Positions 1 to 12,429 are shown, numbered from the stretch's first letter. The stretch is DNA of 57,245 nt from Octopus bimaculoides (GCF_001194135.2 NC_068981.1:135395238-135452482); one strand, 5' to 3'. The notes: a model not told the origin generated them from the letters alone. Translations and numbers: made by a program.

Positions 1-37
1 TGAAGCTCTTCATCATCTTTGCCATATAGCTTTAAAT

Positions 38-38
38 C

Positions 39-105
<67 letters not shown>

Positions 106-157
106 CATTATTATTATTATTATTATCATTATTATTATTATCATTAGTATTATTACA

Positions 158-222
<65 letters not shown>
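38..222. repeat. (TAT)n microsatellite
   Basis: About 60 units with rare variants. Confidence 0.95.
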
Positions 223-790
223 TGAGTGAGAGAGCAGTACACATCATCAAAGTGATGCTGGAGTACAGATATACTAAGCCCAATAGATACCCATCATGAC
301 TACTCGTCTGATAAGAGTACACCAGGCACATGCATCACCACCATATGTGTGTGACATGGTGATCTCATATCAAGATAAACAGTGCCTGAGCTTGCAAGTA
401 GGACCCAGTTAGAATTTTCTTCATGTCGCGTAGCCTATCCCGCTCAAAAGGTCCCTGAATAAGGTTTGTTTAAGGATGATGAACGAAACACGTATGTTAC
501 CAGAGATGAATTATTCAACCCCCCCCCAAAAAAAAAATCCCTCTCAATACATGGCTATGATGATCCCCCACTATTCCTGCTTGTGATCAGAGATGCACAT
601 ATTGTCAGTCACTAAGGGACATGCTCAACTGGTTAAGGTCAAGCAACTGACAAGCAAATCTGTGGTACTGAGCAGTATATTTGCTGTGGCCCATCTTTTA
701 CAGCAGGACAAACATGTACATGATAACACTTCTAATCAGTTAAGATCAGAAGCTATGAGAACTACTGCTTGGTATTGCATCAGGGCATTT
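223..790 (-). repeat. Probable interspersed repeat with an (AAT)n tail
   Basis: Bounded by TAT repeats on both sides; recalled as a frequent octopus repeat, but only one copy is in this window. Confidence 0.4.
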
Positions 791-1057
791 ATTACTATTA
801 TTTTTTTTTATGGCATAGCGAGTGGGAAGGAACAGTTCCCATGGTGTTTACAAAACCTTTTTGAGACTTGTGAAATTGCTGTGGTTGATGTTCAGTTTGG
901 ACATCTGTATGTAGGTCAATATCTGTGGGAAAGATCTAACACAGAGCCAGGAATTCTTGAGGGTTGATGCTTGGTCTAGAAAACAAAGATTGGGGAAAAA
1001 CAAAGTGGTTAGTACAAAATAGAAGTGAAGAACTTCTGACTTTAAGGTTGCAAAGGA

Positions 1058-1210
1058 TCGTCTGAAGGGTTAAGTATGGTCTTCTGAAGTATTAAATGTG
1101 GTTTTCTGAAGGGCTTGAGTTGTTGCATGGTACCTTCTGAAGGGCTAAGCATTGTCTTCTGAAGAGCTAAGTATAACCTTTTGAAGGGCTAAGTGTGGCT
1201 TTCTGAAGAA
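1058..1210. repeat. Degenerate 22-bp minisatellite, about 7 units
   Basis: Unit tctgaagggctaagtatggtct. Confidence 0.7.
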
Positions 1211-1668
1211 TACATATGAGGAAGAAACACAACATATGAGAGAAAATCATTATACTGGGATATATTTTTGCTAATTCAGTTTTTATTAAAAATCTATTTT
1301 TTCAACTAATTGCAAATTTTAGAAACTTCTATTTATATTTCTTTATTTAAACTTATAACTGTTTTAAGCAATTACAATTATATTAAAAACAGAAATTAAA
1401 AAAAAAACTTTTCTTATAATGAAATTCTGTCTTTTTCACATTTTGTTAGAGTTTTTAATGAATAATAATTTTTTTTATAAAATAAGCAGTCTAACCCATG
1501 CCAACATGGAAAACAGACGTTAAATGATGATGATGAACAGTTCAACAATATAAATAGTTGTTTTTGAAGTGTGATCTTGTAAAATGAGTTATCTTTAATG
1601 TGGTTGTCCAACATAAAATGGTTATTCTCTTCTTAGTAGAATTTTGTAGTGGAGAGAGACATGGTAAG

Positions 1669-1886
1669 GGTTCTTTTCTACTCTAGGCACAAGGCCTGAA
1701 ATTTTGGAGGAGGGGACCAGTCAATTAGATTAACCCCAGTACGCAACTGGTACTTAATTTATCGACCCCGAAAGGATGAATGGCAAAGTTGACCTTGGCG
1801 GAATTTGAACTCAGAACGTAAAGACAGACAAAATACCACTAAGCATTTCGCCCGGCATGCTAATGTTTCTGCCAGCTCACCACCTA
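1669..1886 (-). mobile_element. tRNA-headed SINE, family B (Meta-domain-like core)
   Basis: B-box gagttcaaattcc; core ttgcctttcatcctttcggggtcgataaattaagtacc-type; perfect 12-bp TSD agacatggtaag at 1657-1668 and 1887-1898. Confidence 0.8.
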
Positions 1887-2195
1887 AGACATGGTAAGAG
1901 TTACTAGAGAAAGTGACTTGGGTGTGTTAAATGATGTTGGTATGCAATTAGCTGGAGTGTCCACCTCTACCAAACATCTTCATCTTCCTTCAGCTGTTGA
2001 CTCTTCCCCCTTGTCATTGGAATAGTGATGCAAATAAGGTCACGTGTTTATGGGAAATGTTATATGCTGGCAAATGGTTTCCGTGACAAAGTCAATCAAA
2101 GAAGGCAAACTATGTCTGAAACTTGGACGAATTGAATGTAAAATGGTTAAGATGAACTCAGTAGTTAGGCGTTTACTGTAACCTGAGAGTATTAG

Positions 2196-2538
2196 CCCTT
2201 TTGAATTGCACCTGTCTGAGACTGCTTCTGGTTCTATGATACAAATTGCTTGTTTTAAAGTGATCTAAATAAAACCTTTCATTAAAATCTCAAGCACTGG
2301 CTTAATAATGGTTTCAAATTTTGGCACAAGGCCAGCAATTTCAGAGAAGGGGTGAAGTTGATAACATAAACCACAGTGCTCAACCTGTATTTGTTTTATC
2401 AACCCTAAAAGGATGAAAGACAAAATCAACCATAGCAGAATTTGAATTCAGAACATGAAAATGGATGAAATGCTGCTTAGCATTATGCTTCACGTGCTAA
2501 CAATTCTGTCAGTTCATTGTTTTTTTTGTTTTTTTTTT

Positions 2539-2600
<62 letters not shown>

Positions 2601-2949
2601 TATTATTATTATTATTATAATCCTTTCTACTAAAGGTACAAGGCCTGACGTTTTTTTGAGAGGGGACTAGTTGATTACATAGACCCCAATGTTTCACTGG
2701 TGCTTAATTTATCAACCCCGTAAGGATGAAAAGCAAAGTTGACCTCAGTGGAATTTGAACTTAGAACATAGAGACAGATGAAATGCCTCTCGCTAAGAAT
2801 TTTGCCTGGCATGCTAATGATTCTGCCAGCTCACCATTTTAAGGTTTAATAATGATGATGATGATGATGATGATAATAATAATTCATTATTTTCAAAATT
2901 AATTGAAACAGAGGAAGTGTATTTCAACAGAAATAGGATAACAAAAGGG
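2196..2949 (+). mobile_element. piggyBac-like MITE, family F, hosting two SINE B copies
   Basis: ttag|ccctttt ... aaaaggg|TTAA; the halves match fragments at 47269-47345 and 44505-44660. Confidence 0.5.
2310..2838 (-). mobile_element. Two SINE B copies (about 2310-2515 and 2620-2838) separated by (AAT)n(TAT)n
   Basis: Homology to 1669-1886. Confidence 0.75.
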
Positions 2950-3154
2950 TTAAAGAAATAACTTAAGACAATATTAACGAAATCAATATTGTATAGTAAA
3001 TTAAGGTGATGCAGAGTTGAGAAGGATCACTGGATAAAGTATCTGATTACATGTTCTTAGGTCATGAATTTAAAAGTTCAAATCTGCTGTATGCTTTTCA
3101 GTGTGTTTCAAAAAGAAAGAAAAAATATTGTTGAATGCCTCATTTCATCTATCT

Positions 3155-3240
3155 GTTGTATCAAATCATCTGGAACATCTGTTAAATCATCTGGAGTATA
3201 TGTCAAATCAAATGGAATATGTGTTAAATCTCTAGGAATG
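3155..3240. repeat. Degenerate 21-bp minisatellite, 4 units
   Basis: Unit tgttaaatcatctggaatata. Confidence 0.65.
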
Positions 3241-5141
3241 TTACTTGTAATAGACCAGCATCTTATCCAGGAAGGCTATATATCTTGGTCATTCAAACCA
3301 TGAATACAGAGTTAAACACTAACTCTTACACCTGACTCTGCTCCTGAACTAAACCCTAGCTCTTATTATCTCTTTGTCCTTCAATCTCCAAAGGACTTAT
3401 GGAGAAGACATCTTTTTATAACAAAGGTAGAATTGCCAAGGATAATTTCTGCTGCAACCAAATGTTTTTTAGTATTTACTTTTCTTCCCTTGTTTATCAG
3501 AGTTAAACACTAGTATCAACTTCGACTTGCATTAATCTGCAGAGTGATAAGATAAATACCAGTCATGTACTGGGAATTGACTCTGCCAACAATATTCTAC
3601 TCAACAAAATTGTGGCTTTGTATCACTGTCAAAAATCTCCATTTGTTATCAATAATATGCATTCACTATTTGTACTTAGAACATATTTGAAAACATTTGT
3701 GTATCTGTATATTTGCGACAGCACATTGATTTTATATTAACAAATCTTTTAGGGTGATTTTCTTTTTTCTTTTTGTAATAATTAATATTACAAATTTATT
3801 TGCTATATAATATTACAGATTGATTTTCTGATTAAGATGGTTTGATTTATCCACTCTTGCCATTTTTACCAATTTCACCCACCTTTCAATAAATTCAGTC
3901 AGAGACAAGAAATCTCTTTCCAGCCATACCTTCCTTTTCAAGTGAAACTTCAAAGTCAGCGAAGGTTCTACCAAAGAGGCAAGTTTCTTTCTTCATACCT
4001 ATTAGCCTCATCTACTATGCAACCTCTTTTGCTATTGCCACCAGAGAGAAGAAAACTGCTTTCCTGTTCAGTTAGAGGAGGACACTAGTGTAGTCATCAC
4101 TATAGACTTGGCTGATAGCTGGATCTATTCTACATGTGACAGCTACAGTTTGACAACTCCACAAGTCAGAAATGCCTGGACACTGAATGAGTGTGCACAA
4201 AACTGTTTTGTTGCTCTGTGCACATCTTAGTCAGGCCTGTCTGATGGTACTTCTATGTCTGAAGAGTTCATCTTGAACTAGTAGTGCCTTTTGGTAAAAC
4301 TGCCAGGCCAAGGACTACTATAGATTATCCATGATAGTCCCTGGTTAGAAAGTTCTCTGAAACAGACTAGTCTGTTTGCTTCCATACCACTTTTTATTTA
4401 TAGCTGTGGTGATGAGAGGCAGTGCTTACTGTTATTTATCTAATGATTGGTCAGAACTCATTACTTATCTGGAGCTGTATTATTGGCAGACCAGTATTCA
4501 CATTTATCTAAAGCTGTATTTACAGAGCACTTTTGCTGACAAACAAGTACCACATTCTTCTAGAGCTGACAAGCAGTACTCACTTTAGCAAACTGCAGCC
4601 TGTGGGACTTTCTGAATGGCATACCAATGAATAACCTTGAGTTTTCTTAGTAGTGCATCCACCTTAAAAAAGTGTGCATGACTGCTTTAGAGCTATGTTG
4701 CTGACAAACCAATTCTTACAGTTGTCATACTATTATGAATACAATACAATAAATCACATTAGATTCTTGATCAATGATTCATGAAATCTTATATCCTTGT
4801 CATTTGTCTGTGGCCAAAGAAAATATTTATTAAAATCTGTTGACTAAGGAAAACACTTGTGCTCCTAATAATGGCTGAACCACCCTATAGTTTCTGTCCA
4901 CTCAGTATTATCCACTTTGTTGTTCAGTGAGAACTCTTAGATATCCACAAAGCTAGTACTATTGGTCCATGAGCTGAATTTGAAATTTGTTGAGTAAACA
5001 GATCTTTCAAAAGCTTGAAGTCCATGGAAAAATTTGTTTAAATGAAAGAGCTCCTTGGTAGTGAAAAAGTTGAGAATGTCTGCCAGACATCATTGCTAGA
5101 TGACATACACACATGAAGAGATGCATAGAGAGAGAGGGAGG

Positions 5142-5175
<34 letters not shown>

Positions 5176-5212
5176 TAGATAAGTAGATATAACCTTCATC
5201 ATCATTTAATGT

Positions 5213-5300
5213 CTGCTAGAAATAGCTATTTTTAGAAATATGTATTTATAGCAGACCTGCTAGAAATAGCTATTTTTAGAAATATGTATTTATAGCAGGT
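5213..5300. repeat. 44-bp tandem duplication
   Basis: ctgctagaaatagctatttttagaaatatgtatttatagcag twice. Confidence 0.9.
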
Positions 5301-5312
5301 CTTACAATTATA

Positions 5313-5465
5313 CGAGGGGGTGCTGAAAAGTTCCTGGCTTTAAGGATATTGTGAAAGGCCTGGTTGGTGGCCTAGCCTTCCAAGTTCTTTTACAGGGCTA
5401 AGAAAAAACTGAAGGACTGCTGCAATAAGTGTGTGAATCTGAGAGGGGAATATGTTGAATAAAAT
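5313..5465 (+). mobile_element. Internally deleted mariner remnant
   Basis: TA followed by cgagggggtgctgaaaagtt (mariner-type TIR), joined to the transposase C-terminus KCVNLRGEYVE*; right TIR not seen. Confidence 0.6.
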
Positions 5466-5588
5466 CATAATTATTTGAGGGTGAATATTTGAAATATCTA
5501 GCTAGTTAGATAGAAATAAATAGATGGGCAGAAAGATTAATAGAAAGACTGGAAGATAGATAGACATACACACATGAAGAGATGCAGG

Positions 5589-5623
<35 letters not shown>

Positions 5624-5664
5624 TGAGAGAAAGGGAAAGAGAGAGACAGATAAGTAGATATAAC

Positions 5665-6080
5665 CATCATCATCATTTAATGTCTGTTTTCCATGCTGGT
5701 ATGGGTTGGACGGTTTGACCAGAGCTAGCAATGCTAGGAGCTGCACCAGCTTCCATAGTCTGGTTTGGCCTGGTCTCTACAGCTGGATGCCCTTCCTAAT
5801 GCTAACCACTCCAAAGAGTGTACTGAGTGTCTTTTATGTGGCACCAGCGCCAGTGTTTTTTACATGGTACCAGCACCAGTGCTTTTTATGTGGTGCTAGC
5901 ACCAGCGTCGTCTGGGTGTTGGAGATGAAATGTGGGTGGGGAGAGAAGTTGACAGGGAAAAGCCCCTCATGATATGCACTACCAAGGTGGTTTTAGGATA
6001 TCAATTCTATCATGGTGAGTGGGTCTTCTTGAGTACAACAATGTGCCATATATCTTGGTCCTTTGTCATCTCCTTTGTAG
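5665..6080 (-). mobile_element. RTE 3' end, older, with a fragment of the ORF terminus
   Basis: Tail motif plus a gggtcttcttgagtacaac segment homologous to the 13100-13190 region. Confidence 0.65.
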
Positions 6081-6300
6081 ATATGTAGATACAATTTGGG
6101 AGAAGGACAGCCACATTAGTAGGTAGAAAAGAGAGAGAGAGGGAAAATTGGAGAGTGAGTGAGAGAGAGAGGGAGAGAAAGAGAGAATCAATGAGGGGGA
6201 AAACAAAGAGAAATATTTGAATAACAAAGAAATGTAAATTTAAAATAAATAAATAGCTGGTTATAAATATGAGTGTACACATGTGTCTGTGGAACAGAGA

Positions 6301-6343
<43 letters not shown>

Positions 6344-6471
6344 ATGATTCTGTGTTTAATGTTTTACAAGGGGAGGAGGAAAAAGAGAGAGAAAGTAATG
6401 ATTCTGTGTTTCAAGTTTTACAAAGGCAGAAATTTTGGATTGTGTTGAAAAATTCTGCTGAATTTTGTTTT

Positions 6472-6688
6472 ATTCTTTTCTACTCTAAACACAAGGCTTG
6501 AAATTTTGGGGGAGGGGACCAGTCGATGAGATCAACCTCAGTATGCAAGTGGTACTTAATTTATCAACTCCGAAAGGATGAAAGGCAAAGTCAACCTCGG
6601 CGGAATTTGTACTCAGAACATAAAAGCAGACAAAATACCGCTAAGCATTTCGCCTGGTGTGCTAATGCCTCTGCCAGCTTGCTACCTT
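6472..6688 (-). mobile_element. SINE B, full length
   Basis: Homology to 1669-1886. Confidence 0.8.
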
Positions 6689-6857
6689 GAAGTTTACTTA
6701 TATTATAAATAATAATGGCAGTACCCCTGCACTAACTGAAACTGATAACAGAATAATAGAATATATTACAGATATATGATGGGAATGTTTAGAGTAAATA
6801 AGGGTTAGAATTTATTAACCTAGAAATATTGGTTTCGAATTTTTGCATAAGAAGGCC

Positions 6858-7043
6858 CAGGGGTGGCTGTGTGGTAAGTAGCTTGCTTACCAACCACATG
6901 GTTCCGGGTTCAATCCCACTGCATGGCACCTTGGGCAAGTGTCTTCTACTATAGCCTCGGGCCGACCAAAGCCTTGTGAGTGGATTTGGTAGACGGAAAC
7001 TGAAAGAAGCCCGTCGTATATATGTATATATATATATATATAT
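6858..7043 (+). mobile_element. SINE A, 5' half running into a gap
   Basis: Near-consensus head through gaaagaagcccgtcgt(at)n. Confidence 0.8.
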
Positions 7044-7426
7044 NNNNNNNNNNNNNNNNNNNNNNNNNNNNNNNNNNNNNNNNNNNNNNNNNNNNNNNNN
7101 NNNNNNNNNNNNNNNNNNNNNNNNNNNNNNNNNNNNNNNNNNNNNNNNNNNNNNNNNNNNNNNNNNNNNNNNNNNNNNNNNNNNNNNNNNNNNNNNNNNN
7201 NNNNNNNNNNNNNNNNNNNNNNNNNNNNNNNNNNNNNNNNNNNNNNNNNNNNNNNNNNNNNNNNNNNNNNNNNNNNNNNNNNNNNNNNNNNNNNNNNNNN
7301 NNNNNNNNNNNNNNNNNNNNNNNNNNNNNNNNNNNNNNNNNNNNNNNNNNNNNNNNNNNNNNNNNNNNNNNNNNNNNNNNNNNNNNNNNNNNNNNNNNNN
7401 NNNNNNNNNNNNNNNNNNNNNNNNNN
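7044..7426. other. Assembly gap
   Basis: N run. Others: 11772-11985, 30395-30894, 41103-41229, 46444-46548. Confidence 1.
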
Positions 7427-7517
7427 AACTTGAACTCTGAACATAGAAATGGACAAAGTGGCACTAAGCATTTTGCCTGGCATGTTAACAATTCTGCCAG
7501 CTTGTCACCTTGTATTA

Positions 7518-7915
7518 TCATCATCATCATCATCGTTTAACGTCTGCTTTCCATGCTAGCATGGGTTGGACGATTTGACTGAGGACTGGTGAACCAGATG
7601 GCTACACCAAGCTCCAATCTGATTTGGCAGAGTTTCTACAGCTGGATGCCCTTCCTAATGCCAACCACTGCAGAGTGTAGTGGGTGCTTTTACATGCCAC
7701 TGGCATGAAGGCCAGTCAGGCGGTACTGGCAATGGCCATGCTCAGCATGGTGTATTTTACGTGCCACCTGCACAGGAGCCAGTCCAGCGGCACTGGCAAC
7801 AACTCGAATGTCTTACACATTCCACCGGCATAAGTGCCAGGAAGGCGACACTAGGCACAGGTGCCATCATGATCTCGCTTTCGCTTGCCCCAACAAGTCT
7901 TCGCAAGCCTAGTTT
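7518..7915 (-). mobile_element. RTE 3' end, young subfamily
   Basis: (CAT)n-cgtttaacgtctgctttccatgctagcatggg; close to the copies at 9508, 38810 and 54990. Confidence 0.8.
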
Positions 7916-8375
7916 CATGTTAATCTAGAAATATTTCATAGTCTTAGAGCAGTGTTTAATTTTATAAGGTAATAGTTTAGTTGACAATGTATTGACTCAT
8001 CAAAGAGATAAATGGATTATGTGAATCAAAACTGAATCAAAATTAGGGCAGGAAAAAAGCTGTGTTGATTAATGATTAATTTAAGTGAGGGTCTGATTAG
8101 TTGTTTCGGATGTGTATTTGTCAGGTAAGTGATTTGATCTGAGACTGTGTGTTGAAATTAAAGTAATTACAGCCTGAAAGACATATTAACCATTCAAAAA
8201 CACATAAATATTGATAACTTCACATTTATTATTTGATGTCAAAATTTTCATCATATCAGCTGTGAGCTGGTTATCAATGCAGTTCCACTGATTAATTATT
8301 GATCATGTTAAATTCTTTGATGATTGGAATCTGCCTGAAACTCCCTAGGTCTGTGATACAAAACTGCCTGTTTAA

Positions 8376-8490
8376 CCCTTTAGCATTTAAGCCGGCCATA
8401 TCCAGCCAAAATAATCTACCTGTTTTATCTTGAAACTGGCTACATCTGACCTCACACTTATCTGACAATATTACTCTAAAACTAAACAAT
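8376..8490 (+). mobile_element. piggyBac-like MITE, family D, left part cut by SINE A
   Basis: TTAA|ccctttagcatttaagccggccatatcc, homologous to 45592-45700. Confidence 0.55.
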
Positions 8491-8885
8491 GGCGTAGGAG
8501 TGGATGTGTGGCAAGTAGCTTGCTTCCCAACCACATGGTTCTGGGTTCAGTCCCACTGTGTGGCACCTTGGACAAGTGTCTTCTGCTATAGCCTCAGGCT
8601 GACCAAAGCCTCGTGAGTGGATTTGGTAGACAGAAACTGAAAGAAGCCTGACATGTGTGTGTCTGTGTGTGTTTGTGTGTTTGTGTGTCTGTATTTGTCG
8701 CCTACCATCGCTTGACAACTGATGGTGGAATGTCTATGTCCCCGTAACTTAGCGGTTCGGCAAAAGAGACCGATAGAAAAAGTACTAGGCTTACAAAGAA
8801 TGAGTCCTGGGGTCGATTTGTTTGACTAAAGGCAATGCTCCAGCATGGCCACAGTCAAATGACTGAAACAAATAAGAAAATAAGA
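8491..8885 (+). mobile_element. tRNA-headed SINE, family A (CORE-like segment, central TG/TA microsatellite)
   Basis: A-box tggatgtgtgg, B-box ggttcagtccc, ggcaccttggacaagtgt segment; more than 20 copies in the window. Confidence 0.8.
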
Positions 8886-9507
8886 GAATGTGTATATATT
8901 TGTGTGTGCGTCTGTGTTAGTCCCCCCACCATTGCTTGACAACCAATGTTGAGAATTTTATTGATAGGATTTGTTGTGGGACAAAAGATCATCGGACAAA
9001 GACACGTTGGACCAAAAGATGTGGACAAAAAGATGTTTGACGAAGTGACGTCGGACGAAAAGACATAGCACCATATATATATCTATAAATATGTGTGTGT
9101 GTGTGTGTGTGCATGTGTGTATATGTGAGACTGAGGCTGTTTTCTTGCTTTGACATCATGTGAGAGTTGTGAAAAAGTGTCACCATCATGCAAACGGTGT
9201 CCAATGTTATTCTAAAAATAAACAATCACATCATGAAAATCTTGAAGCTATGAGATAATACTTGATTGATTCAAAACAATGAGAATAAATATTATATTTA
9301 ACAGAGTAATCTGAATGAGTTAAACTGTTCATGTTAATATCAAGAACCTTCTTCGATAATTGAATGGTGAAACCTCTTTGTTTAAAACAGGAGTTGGCAA
9401 AGGCAAGGAAGGGTGTTTTTTGTGGGCCTTGACCCTTTTCTAAAAATTTTTGAAATTTAATTTTATTCATGAGCCGTTGAAATGTTGATGGATTTTTTTT
9501 GTGTTAT

Positions 9508-9950
9508 CATCATCATCATGATTTAACGTTCGCTTTCCATGCTAGTATGGGTAGGACGATTTGACTGAGGACTGGTGAATCAGATGGCTACACCAGGCCC
9601 CAATCAGATATGGCAGAGTTTCTATAGCTGGATGCCCTTCCTAACGCCAACAACTCCGAGAGCGTAGTGGGTGCTTTTACGTGCCACCGGCATGAAGGCC
9701 AGTCAGGTGGTACTGGCAATGGCCACGCTCAAAATGGTGTATTTTACGTGCCACCTGCACAGGAGCCAGTCCAGCGGCACTTGCAACAATCTCGCTCGAA
9801 TGTCTTTACATGTGCCATTGGCACAAGTGCCAGGAAGGCAACGCTGGGCACAGGTGCCATCACAATTTCACTTTTGCTTGCCCCAACAGGTCTTTGCAAG
9901 CTGAGTTTTGTGTCCAATGAAGGAAACGACGTTGGCATGGATGCCAGTCG
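9508..9950 (-). mobile_element. RTE 3' end, young subfamily
   Basis: As above. Confidence 0.8.
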
Positions 9951-10552
9951 TCGTTGCTAAAATAAGCATTGCAACTGATGGAAATGTGAATGGGGATAGA
10001 ATATGCAGTGATATTTTTATATGCAAGATATGATGATATAGTATAATGGAACTAATAAATAATAAATACCAGGCTAATAACAAGACTAATAAATACCAGG
10101 TCCCTCCCCTATAAATGTTAGTGAAATTTTTGCCCCACCCCACTAATTAATGAGAATATGTAATAGAGTTTGTATGGCATGCAATTCTTCTTTCCTAGCC
10201 TTGGTGTTGGACAAACTTAAAAGCCATATTAATTTTATTAAACATGACAATTTTATTAAGCATGAATTTTCTGAATTCTGAATTCTTCCCACCCCCACCA
10301 CGAGAAACACTCAGTCATGAGCAAATGTAATAAATAAAATAAATAATTAAGTAAATAAATAAATTAATGTAAAAAAGAAAGTAAGTTGCTGATCCTGGTT
10401 TTAGAAATATTCCAGACTGTCTAAGAGTGATATGGTCACTTATTTTACTATTTAATAAAATAATTTATTTCATATGCAATAGTTAAAAAATGTGTGTGTG
10501 TGTGTGTGTGTATGTATGTACACACACACACACACACACACATTTATATATG

Positions 10553-10682
10553 TACTGTGGTTATGTGGTAAAGAGTTTGCTTCCCAGCCACACGGTTATG
10601 GACAAGTATCTTTAACTATAGCTCTGGGCTGACCAAATACTTGTGAGTGGATTTGGTAGATGGAAATTGAAAGAAGCCTGTC

Positions 10683-10684
<2 letters not shown>
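10553..10684 (+). mobile_element. SINE A, 5' half
   Basis: Homology to other copies. Confidence 0.65.
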
Positions 10685-10713
<29 letters not shown>

Positions 10714-10896
10714 TGTATGTATAACGTGAGAGAGTTAGGGGTTGGGGGTTCAACCCACTAAGGGATAGTATCTATCCAGTATACTGCTGGGAGGGTACCC
10801 AATTATTGCTACACTAGTGCTATACTAGGTGCAATCAATGGGAGCGGGTAAAAGTGGAGGTTTTACCCAAAATTTGTGTAACAATTAGAAAATGGA

Positions 10897-10936
<40 letters not shown>

Positions 10937-11411
10937 ATATGTGTGTGTATATATATGTGAGACTGAGACTGTTTCCCTGCTTTGACATCATGTGAAAAGT
11001 GTCACCATCATGCAAACGGTGTCCTTTGTTTCTAATCTTGTGTAAAAATATGTCTGGTCTTGGGAAAATATTACCTCACTTGGAATCAGAAAGAGCATCT
11101 AGCCATAGAAAATCTGCCTCAATAAGTTCTTTCCAACTCATGCGATCATGGAAAGTGGGCGTTAAAACAAAGATGACACACACACGCACACGCACACGCA
11201 CACACACACACACACCTTTGTTTTAATGTCCACTTTCCATGATCACATACATATATATATAAAATTCAAATACAGGTTATAATAACCTCATAAAGGGATG
11301 TTATCATACAAGGAAATACTGGTTCAATACCTAATATTTTTTGTGGGGAGGTTAAAATCATTAAAATAGTAGGTTTATATATAAACTATGCTTTATAGTC
11401 ATGTAAATGAC

Positions 11412-12112
11412 GAATAAGAAAATGGAGATATTGAAGTTAATAATCTCCATTTTGCCAGTATAATCCATATATATGTATTTATTACTATAGCAGTAAATGA
11501 AATTAGTTTATAAAATTCAAATGGAGGTTATAATAGCCTCATAAAGGGATGTTATCATAACCTCTATTTGAATTTTAAAAACTAATTTCATTAACTGCTA
11601 TAGTAATAAATGTGTTGGCACTCCGTCGCTTACGACGTCGAGGATTCCAGTTGATCCGATCAACGGAACAGCCTGCTTGTGAAATTAACGTGAAAGTGGC
11701 TGAGCATTCCACAGACACATGTACCCTTAACGTAGTTCTCGGGGACATTCAGCGTGACACAGAGTGTGATANNNNNNNNNNNNNNNNNNNNNNNNNNNNN
11801 NNNNNNNNNNNNNNNNNNNNNNNNNNNNNNNNNNNNNNNNNNNNNNNNNNNNNNNNNNNNNNNNNNNNNNNNNNNNNNNNNNNNNNNNNNNNNNNNNNNN
11901 NNNNNNNNNNNNNNNNNNNNNNNNNNNNNNNNNNNNNNNNNNNNNNNNNNNNNNNNNNNNNNNNNNNNNNNNNNNNNNNNNNNNNATCCTATGATCACGA
12001 GTCCGCTGCCCTAACCACTGGGCCATTGTGCCTCCACAGTAATAAATACATATATATGGATTATACTGGCAAAATGGAGATTATTAACTTCAATATCTCC
12101 ATTTTCTTATTC
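11412..12112. repeat. Palindrome with 120-bp arms, split by SINE C
   Basis: 11412-11531 is the reverse complement of 11557-11611 plus 12048-12112 (3 mismatches); 25-nt loop. Confidence 0.85.
11612..12037 (-). mobile_element. tRNA-headed SINE, family C (spans a gap)
   Basis: Head gtggaggcacaatggcccagtggttagggcagcgg with an A-box; perfect 10-bp TSD agtaataaat at 11602-11611 and 12038-12047. Confidence 0.7.
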
Positions 12113-12210
12113 TTTATATACATATATATATGTATATATACTGATATACGGTAATTTTACCAAGTAGTTCGGTATGTTAAAAGAACCATTATCGGTAAAC
12201 TTATACAAAA

Positions 12211-12350
12211 ATTTTATAATTATAAGCATAATTATAATTAGGGTTCACCAAAGTTGCTTGAATAATAGTTAACTGCTATTTCTAAATTTCGGTATGTGGT
12301 GAAGCAATTTTGCTGAACCCTAATTATAATTATGCTTATAATTATAAAAT
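12211..12350. repeat. Inverted repeat with 49-bp arms
   Basis: attttataattataagcataattataattagggttca(c/g)caaa(g/a)ttgctt, 2 mismatches, 42-nt loop. Confidence 0.85.
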
Positions 12351-12429
12351 ATATGTGTATGTATATATATATATATATATGAAATGAATGTAAAAAGCAG
12401 GTTGCAATGTTTCACCAAAAAAGAGAATT

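Noticed and set aside
32-331. Poly-Asn ORF and similar poly-Ile, YI-repeat, RE-repeat and X-filled ORFs in the track
   Set aside because: Translations of microsatellites or N gaps.
593-967. 124-aa ORF
   Set aside because: Lies largely within a probable interspersed repeat; no protein motif.
1058-1210. Regularly spaced repeats that might suggest a CRISPR array
   Set aside because: Degenerate tandem units with no unique spacers, in a eukaryotic context.
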